Source of the DNA: Craspedostauros australis
Taxonomy: Eukaryota
DNA length: 64,000 nt
Assembly: GCA_030167865.1 (NCBI GenBank)
Contig: JALAGF010001278.1
Span: forward strand, 1-64,000
Direction of reading: 5' to 3'
In this document: positions 21,450-34,923 of the stretch, one piece after another
Position numbering within the stretch: the first letter of the stretch is position 1
How the letters are laid out: each line of letters begins with the position of its first letter
Notes under the pieces: generated by a model
Database searches by the model: none
Seen by the model: only the letters and a program-made list of their open reading frames with translations
Told to the model about the DNA's origin: nothing
Position numbers and translations under genes: made by a program

Positions 21450-24400
21450 CTACGCGAGCAACCCACCCTCTGGCATCTTGCTTCTCTAGTCGTATCTGTT
21501 CGGATGCACACTTGGTGTCTCGTAAGGTCTGGTCAGTTCTGTGAGCACGAGCAGGGTCTGATACTTCTGTTAACATAAACTCCTACCCTTATTGTAATCG
21601 TATTCTATGCTATTGACAGTTGATTATGATGCAACTGGAAGGTATGAAGGGTTGCGCACAATGGGTTGCGAGTGCTCTTGGGAAGTTCTGCACAAAACCA
21701 CGAAGAATACTGCGTGTTCTCCTGGTGGCGCATCCAGAACAACCTCGTTGCGCTGTTGTTTTCTCCACGATTCAGAATGGCAGAGCTTGAAGTCGTGGAA
21801 TCAGCTGGGTCAAAGTACTCAACTGGAGCGTGATTGAGCTTGTGATTGTATCGTGGCACGGCCCAAACTGCTTCGTACTGAAAGAAGTCGCGTGGGTCCA
21901 GAACATGGAGCGTGCCGACCGAAGGACGAACAATGGACATGACAGCAACAACCAAACTGGCTGTATGTCTGTATTCTCTCGCAGAGATAGACAGTCAGTA
22001 TCACAGCAACGAACAAACAAACATACACGACAGACAGACAGACGGTCTGATAAACATGGACCGAGAACTAAGACGAGCCTCCTCGCGTCTCACCTCATCT
22101 CACCTCATCTGAGGTTGTCAGGCTTGCAGCAGACAAGATGGGAGCACACCTCACACCTCGCGCATCCCGATCAAAAATCAATGCAAGACACTGCGACTCG
22201 TATCGCAACGATGGGTGGTTGCTGCAGATTTCTCACGATGATGGTTTACATATTCCGCTCTCGTTTCGCTCGTTCGCGGAGTGTGGAATGGGAGTGTTTG
22301 GCTCAACTCTACTCTACTGCATTTTGCGATGTACTCTGAGATCAGAGGTGAGCCAGAGTAGAAGCGCAGATGGCGGATACAGATGACGTGTTGTGATGTG
22401 ATGTGAACAGGGTTTGACTTGAATTCAAGTTGGCTGTGGTCCGGTGTGTTCTTGAGCAGGCAAGCATAATAGGTGGAGTCTGGCGTAGCGGAGGACTCTA
22501 ATCGCCGTTGTAGCCATGGTGCAATATCACCGCTCCTTTCACGTATGAGGATGACAGGCAAGACACTCACTCAGGTCAGCTCAGTTCATGTCTGCTCTGC
22601 TCAATGGCATTTGTGCCTTCAACACCCGTTCAATATTACTTCACTTCCCATATTGCTTGTTGCCGTTCTCTAAAATCCCGCTGCCAAGCACTGTATAGGC
22701 AAGATACTCCTTGATAGTGTTTCTCTAGAGGATAGAAAGGGGCTTGGGCAACACTCTGGACCTAGAGCCCTCCCTCGAGAACGCCTCCACCGCACGGGTG
22801 TTTTTTTGTTTTCGCACATCGCTCATTGTGTGTGGTGGCCGATTGTGAAACTTTCTGAACTGGTTTAGCCCTTCGGAAACCTGGTGTTTCCGGCATATTA
22901 TGCATGGGATCGACTTTCGTCCAGAAGACAAGCACCCTCTCATGAGGTTGTGGGATGCCTCCAAGATGAATCCAAACGCGCATGTTGCCATCGCCATCGC
23001 CGTGGGTGAGCTGTTGTTGTTACTATGGCAACAACGACGAAAGTCGGAAAGGCGCATGTACATGCAAGCTGAGATGTGAAACCGGAGACGGAGATCGGCA
23101 TTCTTGTACCATGCACATGGAAAGGTTTCCGAGAGAAGCCCATGAGGCATGGGAACTTTATGAATCCAAGATGGAATGGCTGACGGTACCATACCATACC
23201 ATGCCATACACACAGCAACAAGTTCAACAACTGTCCTTCAGCGATTGGAAATGGTAGTGGAGGCAGCAGCGCGCACACGCCGCTAATGCAGATTGTGGTT
23301 GTGAGCGTACAAACAGCAATCGTCACGGTTTGCTCGGAGGTGTTGACGAAGAGTCGCGAATCACAACGCGGACCAATTGGCAACCAGTCCTGTCAGGTTT
23401 CGGTTCGTCGTTGTTCGTGTTAGCCTCGTCGTTTCTCCCACGAGGACGAACAAGGCGGCAAACCCGTCCAAGCGGATGCCGGTGTTCCTCTCTCGAGTTT
23501 TTTCACCAACACGACGAGGAACATCCTGAGGGTTCGGGCCTTCCGCGGACAAGCCGGCTCATTGAGACAACGCCAAACCACACACGTCACCGAAGTCTGT
23601 GTTAATCCATGCATTCTTGTGTGTGTCGTGGTGCGTGCAATTCTGCCCGTGTTCGTGGAGGGTGTTGCGCCAAGAGTGGTTTCCTCTCCATTCCTTGGTG
23701 GAGGGAGTGCAATGCTCATCACACTCGTACCGACAAACGTCGTGCCAATGCCGAAGCACCCCTATCCTGACCTGATTGTTGCTTCTGCTCTGCCGTACCC
23801 GTACTATTACGGTAGATGGAATAGTTTGTCCTATACGAGGACTGCTACTCCTCCCAGATTCCATCTTCTACTGAGGAGGCATCCTGCTCTGGCTCTGGCT
23901 CTGGCCGTCTAATCGGATTTCCTGTGAATCAGGCCAAGGAGTCTCTTTCACGCAACACCTCTTTTCTTGTTCGTCGTCATCCCCTGCCTGTTGATCGCGT
24001 GGACCGCTGATGACTTTGTCGTGACCTCGTCCATCGCTTCGCCAAATGTCCGACACAGATCCTGGGGCCGAATGAGTACGAACATGAACGGCGGAACAGG
24101 ATCACCCGTATAAAAAGTGCGCAGCATAGATGTTTCGACACAGAGCGGTGCAATGATGATGTCGATGTTGTGCCAATGAGCATGTACAATTGGTCTGAGC
24201 GACTGTGTGTGCAACCTGCGAGACAATAACGCCCAACGCAACGCAACACAGCGCAGCGCAAGGAAACCTCGCGAGGAGTTTCTGCGGGCGCGAAGCGAGA
24301 AGGCAGACCAGAGATCGTACTTATCGGCTAGTTCGTCGCATCATGCTCGTGCACGAATGCGAGACCAGAGAAGAGCAGAGCGACAGAGTGGTCGGTTGTC

Positions 24401-25808
24401 GGAGGCGATCGCCGATCCGCCTGGGCGAATCGGAATTGAATTCCACAAGAGGTACCAAAACAGGAGAAGTTCCTGTGGCTGATCGTCACGAGGCGGCGGC
24501 GTGTGGCGGTGGCACTGTTCCGGGAGCTGTTCGCACCGCATTGTGCTCCTGTCCTTGCCGAACTGTTGTTCGTGGTCCTGTCCACGCGAAAGGAGAATGG
24601 TCGTGAGTCATTTATTGTGCTTTGTGATCGTCTTTTGCTTCCCGTGACGGGGAAGGACACTGGAGGTATTTAAGGCATTCGAAGCGATGTGCACGATTAA
24701 GCCCAACGAGAAAGTTCCGTGCTATGTTTTGGCGCAGGCTGCGTCCACCTCAACCCGACAAATAATTACCTTCTTCTGCTATTTGGTTGGCGGGCGATAC
24801 GGCATCGAGGTTGAATGGCGCGGAAAAACAAAGCAAAACAAAGCAACACCCCCAAAAACGCAGGAAGCCGCACGAAGGGAGGAGTTGGCACAGCACAACA
24901 GTCCACTTGGACGAAATGTTTGGGGACGAGTTCTTTGGAACAGAGGCTTCGTAGCTCGCCGCATACTTGTGCTGGGCAGCAGGCCCCGCCTGCACAACCA
25001 ATTTCAACAGCTGCGGTCGGCGGTGTGCGACCTACGGTGGCATACATACCCTGCCGATAGCACGAGACTTTGAATGGAGGCAAGACAAGTGCCGGAAGAC
25101 TGAAATTGTGATCATAGTCGTCATCATGGTCATGGCTATCTCCGCACTCCACTCGTAAACGTCGAGAGAAATAAAAATGCGATTGGTGCTGGTGAAAAGC
25201 AATCCATCTGCTCCACGTGGCTACGACAACACCGTCCATCCATTGCACTCGTAAATGTCTGCGTGGCACGTCACTTCCAACCGTATTAGTGCACATGTAT
25301 GAGAGCACAGGTATCACTCCAACGCACCGTGATGTTTCATCCAGTCCTCTCCACAGTCACAAGGGCAGGCATTCTGCCCATCGCACCAACCTATTGCTTT
25401 TCTTTTCGAACTCACATCTCCCTTTTGGCACATCACATGCTGTTCCTTCGTTCGCGACGCACTCGCGCACACATCATCAGCCGTAGTGACACCGCCAACG
25501 CCCTTGTTGAGATGGGACAAGGGCAGGCAACGAACGCCTGCGGATAGTCATTTTTGGCCCACGCGCTTCACAAGCGACAAACCAAAAAGCCCAAGGCAAT
25601 ACCCCCACTCCCTCTCTTCAGCTAATATTCCATAATATAATGGGATCAGCCGTGCATTAGGCATGGCGCAAACTGCAAATGGCAGAGGCAAGACACCCAA
25701 AATAGAGGGACCAAGACGTGTTGCAATTCGAAGGCATGCATAACTTGTCAGGGGGCCTATGTCGACAACTTGCTCAAGGATGAGGCCCCGAAACACTACT
25801 GGACTCGC

Positions 25809-25813
<5 letters not shown>

Positions 25814-25846
<33 letters not shown>
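25814..25846. repeat. (CT)n microsatellite
   Basis: About 16 perfect CT units. Confidence 0.95.
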
Positions 25847-25848
<2 letters not shown>

Positions 25849-26241
25849 GAGAGTGGAGCAGGGGCTGAGAGCAGCGGAGTACGCGAAGCGCGTTGGCACG
25901 CGATAGGGCAAACCAAAGGAACTCGAGGATTCAAGCGGAGCACAGCGCTCGACTCCACTCTATTTTCGATGCGGTTCATGGTGTGAGTACTGTAAATACT
26001 CTACAATTACTATTCTACAGTTGTATCTCCTGGCAGAAAAAGGAGTAAAAATGAGATTGAATCCAACTTGTGCTTGATCAAAAGGCTATCGCCATGGTTT
26101 GCACGCTTTGCCGACCCAGCATCCACGAACTGAAGGCTGCACCATCCCATCAACCTATTGATGAATGGGCCCCTGGCCGATTACGTGGAAAGAAAAATGC
26201 CTCCAATCGAGGCTCGACATCGCCGTGTCACTGCACCGCGT

Positions 26242-27360
26242 TCATGAGCATGAAAGCTTGCGCAGATTCCAAACGAAGCCGACGGATTGGAGTCGTTGGA
26301 CGCGTTCAGCGGTCATGCTGGACTTGCGCTTCTGAAGCATGAGCTTGTATTGCCGCCGCTGAGACTTGACCCAAATCGCGAGCGGCCGGTTGTCCATGTA
26401 CCGAGCAGGGACGTTGCAGTGGCCGTTGTCTCGTTCGTACTGAATGAGCTCTTCATAGCGGTCCTCCCAATTCGATGGTCTTGGGGCCCAACGGAATCCG
26501 AGCGCCTCGAGCGCCGACTGACGTTCATCAGTCAGAGTGGATGGTTGCCCGGCGCACTTGAGCTTGAACTGCGATCGCTGCCTCTTCATCCACTGCGCGA
26601 GCGCTCTGTTCTCTCCGGCGGTATCCATGAGATGGCAATGGCCGTGTCGATCGTGATACGTGCACAGCTGCTCGTACTTCTTGCGCCAAAGCATGTCGAG
26701 ACTTGAAGTGGCCTCACCTGTCTTAGCGCTTGGTGTGCCAAGCGACAGGTCAGGTGCTGTGATTGACATCGTTCCTGCAGAGCTCGATGTGGACAGTACG
26801 GGCCCAGAGAGCGCTGAGGGAGCGGTATCGGGGGTCCTGCGAGTAGATAGGCTCGAATCGCTGAAATAGGATCGGTCATCGTGGATGAACTCGGGGGTCT
26901 TGTGTGCGCTCCTGAGTGGCTCCAGCGGCCTGACATCGGGTTGGAATGGACCGAACGGATCCGTCTGGGGTTGTCTTGCGATGGACACCGCCGTGGCGGC
27001 AGTGGCAGCAGCTTTGGCAGAGTCTGCGTGTTGCATCGGGGTGGAGAAATTTGACAAGAGATCAAAAAGACTCTCGTCTCTGGCCATGTTGATGTAATTC
27101 TGATCCTTGATCATTGCGGGGTGCACAACGTGGATGTTGTTCGTGTTGACTGGAGTCGGCTGCAGCAGCGCATCAAAGGCAGCGAAGTCGTTTGGAGGGA
27201 AGCAAGTCGGTGTGGCTTGTTGCGCATTGTATTGGAATTGTGTGAGCGGCAGGAGATCAGTTTCATTGCCAGTTGATGCGACCGGGCCAGGTTTCAGGTC
27301 TTTGACTGAAAAGTCGCTGACGAGGAAGTTGAGATCGTTGGTTGCTGGATTGTCCATCAT
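26242..27360 (-). CDS. Helicase-associated (HA) domain protein, two C-terminal HA repeats (372 aa)
   Basis: WRKKYEQL..YHDRHGHCH..LAQWMKRQR..ERQSALEALGFRW and WEDRYEEL..Y...NGHCNVP..LAIWVKSQR..ERVQRLQSVGFVW, with a disordered P/Q/S-rich N-terminus. Confidence 0.92.
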   Translation of the reverse strand: MMDNPATNDLNFLVSDFSVKDLKPGPVASTGNETDLLPLTQFQYNAQQATPTCFPPNDFAAFDALLQPTPVNTNNIHVVHPAMIKDQNYINMARDESLFDLLSNFSTPMQHADSAKAAATAATAVSIARQPQTDPFGPFQPDVRPLEPLRSAHKTPEFIHDDRSYFSDSSLSTRRTPDTAPSALSGPVLSTSSSAGTMSITAPDLSLGTPSAKTGEATSSLDMLWRKKYEQLCTYHDRHGHCHLMDTAGENRALAQWMKRQRSQFKLKCAGQPSTLTDERQSALEALGFRWAPRPSNWEDRYEELIQYERDNGHCNVPARYMDNRPLAIWVKSQRRQYKLMLQKRKSSMTAERVQRLQSVGFVWNLRKLSCS

Positions 27361-27487
27361 CGTGAGTCTGGTCGCTGCGGTTACGATTTAAAAACAGGAG
27401 TACTTGAGATAAATTGTATCGTTTGCTGGGGGATGTTGTCTTGTGTTGGTTGTTGTTGCTGGTATCGATGAGATGATGTAGTCTCTT

Positions 27488-27508
27488 GAGAGAGAGAGAG
27501 AGAGAGAG
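27488..27508. repeat. (GA)n microsatellite in the probable 5' leader of the HA gene
   Basis: About 10 GA units inside a TG-rich (minus-strand CA-rich) stretch upstream of ATG 27360. Confidence 0.9.
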
Positions 27509-29795
27509 CGCGCAGAGTAGGGTGGGGAGTTGGTTGTTGTTTTTGTTTTTGCTCGTGCGCAATGATTTTTATGACAATGTTGATGTGTTTGCTGGGACGG
27601 GCCGAACGGGAAGAGTGACTGGAGCGAGTTGTGTGTGGGATGGTGTGCTGTGATCGGCCGGTGTCTGTTGCCAGTGTTGATTGTCGCGATTATGTTGTTG
27701 CTGCTGCTGTTCCTTTCGTTGATGGTATTGTTTGTTGGCTTCTCCGTAGAGTCCGGTACTCGCGCCACGTGGAGCATGGTGCTGTACTGTTAATGTGTCT
27801 CTGGTCCCCACCCTGTTGGTTTGTTCGTGTTCAGCAGTGCTGCAATTGTACCCGTATCGTGGGTACTGGTGCGAACGGTTCTGCTCCGGCTCGCTTTCGC
27901 ACCTACAACCGCAAACCGTTTATGTCAAGTGTGACCAAGTACAATGACCACGCAACGTGAACTCCTTGGCCCCACAGACAAACACAACGGTCCTATTACG
28001 CCTCCTCAGAAGGAGGTATCATGCGAGCTGCTCCGAAACGCCCCATGGACGCCGTATAGGAAACGGTATGTGTGCCCAAGGACATGGTGTGTTCGTTGTC
28101 AGGATGTCCCGATTCTGTCTTGTGGACGGCAGAAACATCACAGTCATGGCGTGATCGGAGCATGCGACATGTGATGAACAAGATGCGGTTGGGATGGTCC
28201 ACACAAACGCTAACACTTAGTTGGCGACCATTTAGAGGCACAGCTTGATTGGGCTTGTATAGATGATGTATGACGAACACAATGCCTGTACATTTATCCA
28301 TATTTGAACAGGCCCACACATCTCCCTTTCGTGGTGTTCGCTCCAAGAGCATTCAATCGGCGTGTAGAGTGCTGCACACTAATAGAGAATGTGGAAGCGT
28401 GACATCAGCCAGTTCGTTTGTCGTGTTCTGACGAAGGCATCATCAATCACTGTTGTGATGGCTGCATTCATTATTGATCTGCTGCTCATCTTCCGAAAGT
28501 CGTGTCGAGGACGACGACAAGTACAGAGTGGCGCGCTGATAGGCTGATCCTTGGCATGTCGCGTTTCTGTCTCAGTATACGACTACGGACGAGCAAGGGA
28601 AGAAGCATAATTGTTGGAAACGGAGGACAGGCGAACTGACTGGGCGGCAAGCTACGAAAGGTTATCAACTTCTATCACAGCAGAATCGTGCAAATTCCTG
28701 GGCTTCCGAAGAAGGTTACAAATGCTCCGCATTTTACGGTACCATCCCTGGGCGACCCTGACGGAGGCCTTGCCGCTCTCCCTGTCTCTGGGCGTGGACA
28801 GCACACATAGTACTATGGAATGGCGCGATACCGCTCCTTTGATTTGGTGCCATAGTAACTCACAAGGAGTTCGCAGTTTGCAACTCATTCAGAAAGAGAT
28901 GGTTTGCCTGAGTTTTCGCGATTCAGGATTCTGAGACTCCCATTTTCCACGATGGTGGCGCGGATGGTCATCTCTCCACGAAAACAATGCGCGGCACGTG
29001 GAGTACTCTCCCCTACTCGTACCATAGGAACTTTGTATCCACACGAGTAGGCACACAGACATCTGGAAACACCAGTATGATGCGGTGAGATTTGTGTTGA
29101 GCGACTCTATGTCTGCAAGTGAGGTAGGTTGTCGCAGAACTTACTCGTGAACAGCCTGAGCACTCTGGCGAGAGATTCGAGTTGTGCAAACTCGCGTTTT
29201 GAGGAATGAAGTGAAACTGAAACACAGAACTTTCGGTGATCCAGTCCAAATTCCCTCTTGGGACTTTGTTTCGCATTACCATCGTCGCCTGGAGCAAGCA
29301 TAATAGAATCGAGCAGAATAATAATAATTTTAGTGCGACGTTTGTCGCACAGCGAATCCTTCCATTCATGAATTCGGCGCCCACCACCAACCAAGTTCTT
29401 GGTGCTACCATCATTGTCTGGTGTGGCGAGTGATGCGTTCCTCTTGGAGTCGACAGCTCCCAAACATCCAACGAAGTCCAGTACTATACCAGCCAACATC
29501 GAACCACCTTTTTGCGAAGTCCTGCGCAACCAAGGGTTTGGATTGTCGAATCACTCGCCAGAAGTGAATCTTGCCGAAGTGTTGTATCTGTTTCCTCTGT
29601 GCGTACTCTTGTGGTGAACTTTCCTGGATTTCTCACACTGCGATGAAGATACCTTGCCCTTCTGCGAGGCATGGAGCAAAGCAATCGTCCATGCGGGTTC
29701 TAATAGCATTATATAACACGATTCGCACCAAGATTCTCTACATAGAGCAATGCACTTTCCTTCCTTCGATAGAGCAGCTCGTTCGGGAGAATATG

Positions 29796-29827
29796 TACCA
29801 CACCTACCACACCTACCACACCTACCA
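29796..29827. repeat. (TACCACACC)3 short tandem repeat
   Basis: Three exact 9-mers plus a partial copy. Confidence 0.85.
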
Positions 29828-31075
29828 GACACATATGTACGGCGCCAAGCAGATCGTCAACGAGTTGTGGCCGATCTATTTTTGGAGTAATCATCCCCCC
29901 CCCCGCGGAAGGCCCTCGTAAATCGACAGAGCAGAAGAGCGTAGAGTAAGAAGTTCGCAGTTGACAAGCTAAAGAAGAAGTGCAAAGCGCTGAGGTTCCT
30001 ACATCTCTAGTACTCGGACGTTCCATTCCTCCTCGCACGCCCCAAACAGGATAGCCTTGCCCGGTTGCAAGGGCCTTGTCATCAATTGTGGTGAAACAAA
30101 GAAGCGCGCAGAAACCTTCGATATCAAAACTAACATGCATGTGCGAATAGTGCAGCGGCTTACGGCGCTGATGGAGTGCTTGGAGCCCCCCTAATTGATC
30201 AATGCAAGTCGTCTTCAGGTCTCGTTGCGCCGTTCCATGCAAGGCAGATAGATCCCACGTTGCCGTCTTCACGACGAAGTACGAGTACATGCTCAGAGGA
30301 ACTTCATGATAACATGCTGGGACTGATGTGCATCCGTGTATAGCTCGCACGAGCCTGCACCGAAATGATGACATGGGGAGAGTGCTCTTAGTTCGTAGTC
30401 GAGGAAGGCGTGTCGACGATACGTACATGGAATCTGGAGATAGACAACGATAAACCTGACACTTGCGTCATGGACGAAGGAGGAACATGATGGATGAGGT
30501 TTAAATACTCGACGTGCGGATTGATGTCATCGTAGCTTGCGCACATGCGGCTCTGCTCGTATCCTTCTGAATAATCGCAAGACATGAGACTCCTTGAACA
30601 CTTTGCGTTGAATGACAAGGGAGCGGATGTGCGCGCTTCCTGACACCTGAAGGAATCACTGCAGGAATACCATGCGACAATGGAGCAATTGCATGGTACA
30701 GAGAGAAAGCTTGCCAGCTCCTCCACCTTTGTCTTCATTGATTCTACGATGCTTGCTTGCTCACTTTTGGCTACAAAACCCCATTCCACCACCAAGACGG
30801 TTCAAAATCGAATTGGTGGGTCGATTTAGCCGATGCCGGCGCCACTAGTGCTGCCACAATTGACGTACCGTCGACCACACTCTCCACCAATGCAATGCGT
30901 TGTACTCTCCGACGAGTAGAGAGTCTCATGATACAGAAGATTTGCATCCTGCTGGAGTAGAGTATGCTGCTTTCGAGAAGAGCGTAGAGATGTAATTGGC
31001 TTCGACCAGAGCTCATGAACCTGCGTGCTTCTTGCATGCACACGTATTATACGATAGAACTCACAAACATTTGTG

Positions 31076-32190
31076 TCAGAACAGAAACTCCTCCGGACGG
31101 CTTTCTGCGAGTTCGACCTGCCCGGACGGATTCACGATGTACATGACGATGACAGTCCGACCGTACTTTCGATTGCGTGTACCGATCATCACATTCTTGT
31201 CTCCCTTGTACACATTCGGCAAATCGCCCATCAATTCGATGGGGTATTCGATCACTACGATCGTGTCCTCTTCCACCAATGGAGAGTTGGCAACGGCGTC
31301 AAGCAAGTCGGCGTAGGCAATTTCTTCATACGGCGGCCCCATCGTAATGATTTCAAACTTGGCACCTTCTGGAATTCCAACTGAGACGGGGTCTCGGAGC
31401 AGCTGAAAAGCATCGGAGCACACAACTTGGGTGCTGTAGCCATCGCCGTCGAAGTTGCACCATTTGATGTTTCGTTCGATCGCGGCGCAGCAATCTGGAG
31501 ACATGTCACAAAACGTCCCATGCTTTGCACCGCGGCTCATGCTCTCCAGCCCGATCGACCCAGACCCGCTGAAGATGTCCAGATGGCGTACGGGGAAATC
31601 GTACAGTCCGAAGCTAATGAGAGTGGAAAACACAGCCTCTCGCACCTTGCCCATCATGGGCCTCAGATACACCGACGGTGAATCCAGTCTCCGTCCTCTG
31701 GCTGTGCCACCGAATATCTTGAGCATGGATGGGTTGTTCAAGCCGGCTTCACGGGCCTTTCCCTGCGGCCGCAGTCTAGGATTGGACGACCCGCCAGCTG
31801 CACAAATGGAGACATGTTAGATGTGGTGAATGTGAATGTGAATGTGTATGTGTAGATTGTATTATAGACGAGCGAGTGAGCGAATTGATTGATGCGTGCA
31901 TAAAAGGCAACAGAAAGCCAAATGGGCAAGGCCATTTTCTCGGTTTCTGTCTCCGAACGCGGTTTTATATGCGGAACCTGAGATCACCATCTTTTCAATA
32001 GCCTTGCATGCACGCCTGCTATGAATCCATGGCGTCCGTGCATTTCACACCCTTACTCACCTCCTTTGTCTTTCGTGTGCTCCGGGATGACATGCCCACG
32101 TGGTGGTCGTTTGGCGGTCACTTTGCGTCTCAAATTCTTCGGCACGCCTTCCTCAGACCTGGCCTGTTTCTTTGGTTTGGCATGCAAATG
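31076..32190 (-). CDS. rsmD: RsmD-like (16S rRNA m2G966) SAM methyltransferase, probably organellar; spliced, 5' end unresolved
   Basis: MLKIFGGTARGRRL..LRPMMGKVREAVFS, LDIFSGSGSIGLESMSRGA, MGPPY, VVIEY and RKYGRT. The phase-1 intron 32060-31798 (GTGAGT..GCAG) joins TKDKG-A-GGSSNPRLRPQGKAR. Further upstream exon(s) not resolved. Confidence 0.85.
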
Positions 32191-33313
32191 GCTATTTGGT
32201 GTGATGATGATTGTGGTGATGTTGGTTTGTGTCGCATTCAATTGCATGTGCAATGGAGGCGTGGGAAACACGAGAGTCAGTGGGATGTGCAAACGTCAAC
32301 ACAAATGACTAACATGCCAATGACGACGACAGCGGCGACCGTGGTGCTTTATGGATGGACGAGAACGGCACCACTGCGGGTGACGACGGTACAACGACGT
32401 AATCTCGCTTCGCATCACTCTCACTTTGCAAGTGGATCAATCAGCTCAACAGCCAACTCCACAATCAGCTCAACAGTCAATCAAATAAAGAGTACAGGTG
32501 AGGAGGGAATGAGCAGAACAGTCTGACAGAGAACAATGGAGTTTACTTACAATTGACCCGATCGTTGAATCGAACCGACGCCATGACGCCGTATTGTGAA
32601 TGCATCGCACGTCATGATCAGGCACAGGAATGTGTAAGCTCTCATGTTGGATACGTCGAGTAGTTAATCGAATGGGCGCTGTTCCTGCTTGCTGGCTTGC
32701 TTGGTTGATGCTGTACTTATTTCTGTTGATACTCGTATCCCGATGTCGTGTGTTGTTGCCATCACCATCTTCGGTGTTGGTGTTGGTGTTGGTGGCGATG
32801 TTTGCGATCTTTGCATTCTCGCATTTCGTTTGTGGTTGGAGAAACGGGATGACGGCAAGACGATAGTGGTGCCAATTAAAAATTGGGCAGTCCCGCTTCC
32901 CGCGAAATGAGAGAAGCGCGACGACATGTTCATGTTGGTACCATAGTCGTACGTGTCATCTGTTCCAATAGTAGGTGCTTGCATGTATTATAGATAAGAC
33001 GTATTATAGATGGAAGATCGGCATGACTGCATATCATATCATGCTGTTATTGTAGATTGCAACAGCCGATCCGTTCCGCCTTTCGATATGAGCGTACCCA
33101 CAATCGCCATCTCGTATGAACTGCGAAAAACTGACCTACTCCGCAGCTGATTTGATCGGCGCTAGTGGGCATTTGACTCTCAAGATCAACTACACTAGCT
33201 CTGATCACGCGGATCGAACCAATGCAGCAGCTGGCGAGCCGAGATAGCGCTCCACACCGACGCGCAAATAATTGCCGGCACTCTCTTGGTAATTTTCACA
33301 CATCCACCTCGTT

Positions 33314-34090
33314 TCAGAGAAGCAGATCGTCAGTGTCGTCCTTCGGCGTCGTGAAACCCTGCTGGAAGGAGCTCTGCGGAGGACCGCTTGGTGCATCGTA
33401 TGATGGACTGATGGTGACGCCCGGTGCGGTGCCACCCGCCGGCGGGGGCGCTGCGTCGCCGCCTCCACCCAATTCCTTCACCTGCTGGCGTTTCTCATCC
33501 TGGCGCTTCTCCATGTTATTGACGTCATTCCGGCAGGCATCGTACATGGAACGCACGCTGCGATCCGTCGGCAGGAAGCCCTGGGTGTCCTCGGCCTGCA
33601 CAAACGCCGAGTACAGCTCCAGTCCGAACGCATTCTTTATCTGCGTCATCTGACGCTCCACCACGGCCAATTGCGCCTTGAGCTTCGTCTCGCCACCGGC
33701 CAGGTAGGTGGACTTGCCCGCATTCTTGAGCTTCTCCCCGAAGGTCTCGGCCTTCGTGGGAAAGGCGCTGGCGCGCGTGACTTCGGCCTGCGCCTGCTCC
33801 TCCTTCAGCTTGTGGCGCTTGCCTTCCAGCGCCTTGATCTCGCGCTGCGCGTTGATGAGCGGACCGCGAAGGATCTCCGTCAGCGCATCCGTCGCGGCGT
33901 AGAAGTCAGGGTTCTGGCTCAGCGGGGATATGTAATCGTACATGTCCACGCCGAACTTCTGCTTGCGCGCATGTGCCTCGCGATCCAGCAGCACGATGTC
34001 CGTGTTGAGCTTCGTCTTTGTGGCAGCGATCTTCGTGGCTTCGCCGGCCTTGGCCGTGGCGGATTTGATGGTGTCCCAGAATGACGACAT
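33314..34090 (-). CDS. Helical coiled-coil protein with internal duplication (258 aa)
   Basis: ATG 34090 (MSSFWDTIKSA) follows a CA-rich leader; codon usage is strongly coding-like. Repeat pair KTKLNTDIVLLDREAHARKQKFGVDMY / ETKLKAQLAVVERQMTQIKNAFGLELY. Confidence 0.8.
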   Translation of the reverse strand: MSSFWDTIKSATAKAGEATKIAATKTKLNTDIVLLDREAHARKQKFGVDMYDYISPLSQNPDFYAATDALTEILRGPLINAQREIKALEGKRHKLKEEQAQAEVTRASAFPTKAETFGEKLKNAGKSTYLAGGETKLKAQLAVVERQMTQIKNAFGLELYSAFVQAEDTQGFLPTDRSVRSMYDACRNDVNNMEKRQDEKRQQVKELGGGGDAAPPPAGGTAPGVTISPSYDAPSGPPQSSFQQGFTTPKDDTDDLLL

Positions 34091-34923
34091 TGGAGTCTGC
34101 TTGCGATGTCTCGGTGATTGGAGTCTTGGCTGAACGCTTGTGGTTTGAGATCCTTGTTCACCAACTTGTTGCACTTGTGGAGTCGAGGTTCCTATGGCTC
34201 GAGTGCGCGCTTGTTTGTTGGGTTTGTGTCCTTGCTCTCTTGTTTGGATTCGATTTCTGTTTGTGTGGAGGCGTTTGCCTGTCCTGCTTCCTCTCGCATT
34301 GTGTCGCGTTGCGTCGCGTTGTGTCGTGTTGTTTTGGCTGTTTTGTATTCGCACGACTCAGCCAAGAATTCGGATCGAACAATGAACAAGGTTCAATCCC
34401 GTTTCATTGGATTAATCGTATGGGTCGAGTCGGCAAAGTGTGCGACATAGTCTAGGCCATTGGTCTCTCTGTCTCTCTCCAGAGAAAGAGAGAGGCAGCA
34501 TCAAATCTGTGGTGTCCGAGAGCCATGCGTGCTGCAGCCTTGAATCGGTATGACGGTTCCCACTAGTATTCTCGAAGATACTTCAGTCTCAGAACTGCGA
34601 GATGCGAAGGTGCAGCAGTTTGGAACGAACGCCACGTTGATCATCTTTCAACAAACGACGTGGTGAGATTGACACCCGGAGCAAGTGCTCTCTTCATGCA
34701 CAAATGTGCTAATTGCTGTAGAGCGTGCACACCATGCTCGTAGTTTGAATTGTAATGGAGCTATATTGATATTCTGTTATTCTATGTGATGCACGGTAGC
34801 ATTTGATCATGCTGCTGATTTCATGCATTTCGCATTTCGTTGGCAATCACAGTGTCTGGAGTATTGGAGCGCTGTCGGTGGAATCGGTGGATTCATTGTT
34901 GCGCCGCTGCTTTCATCCTCTGC

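Noticed and set aside
22332..22360. Inverted repeat TACTCTG...CAGAGTA
   Set aside because: A 7-bp stem is expected by chance and there is no RNA-family signature.
29013..31043. Minus-strand ORFs of 90-240 aa as possible transposon remnants
   Set aside because: No RT, integrase or transposase motifs, and no terminal repeats seen.
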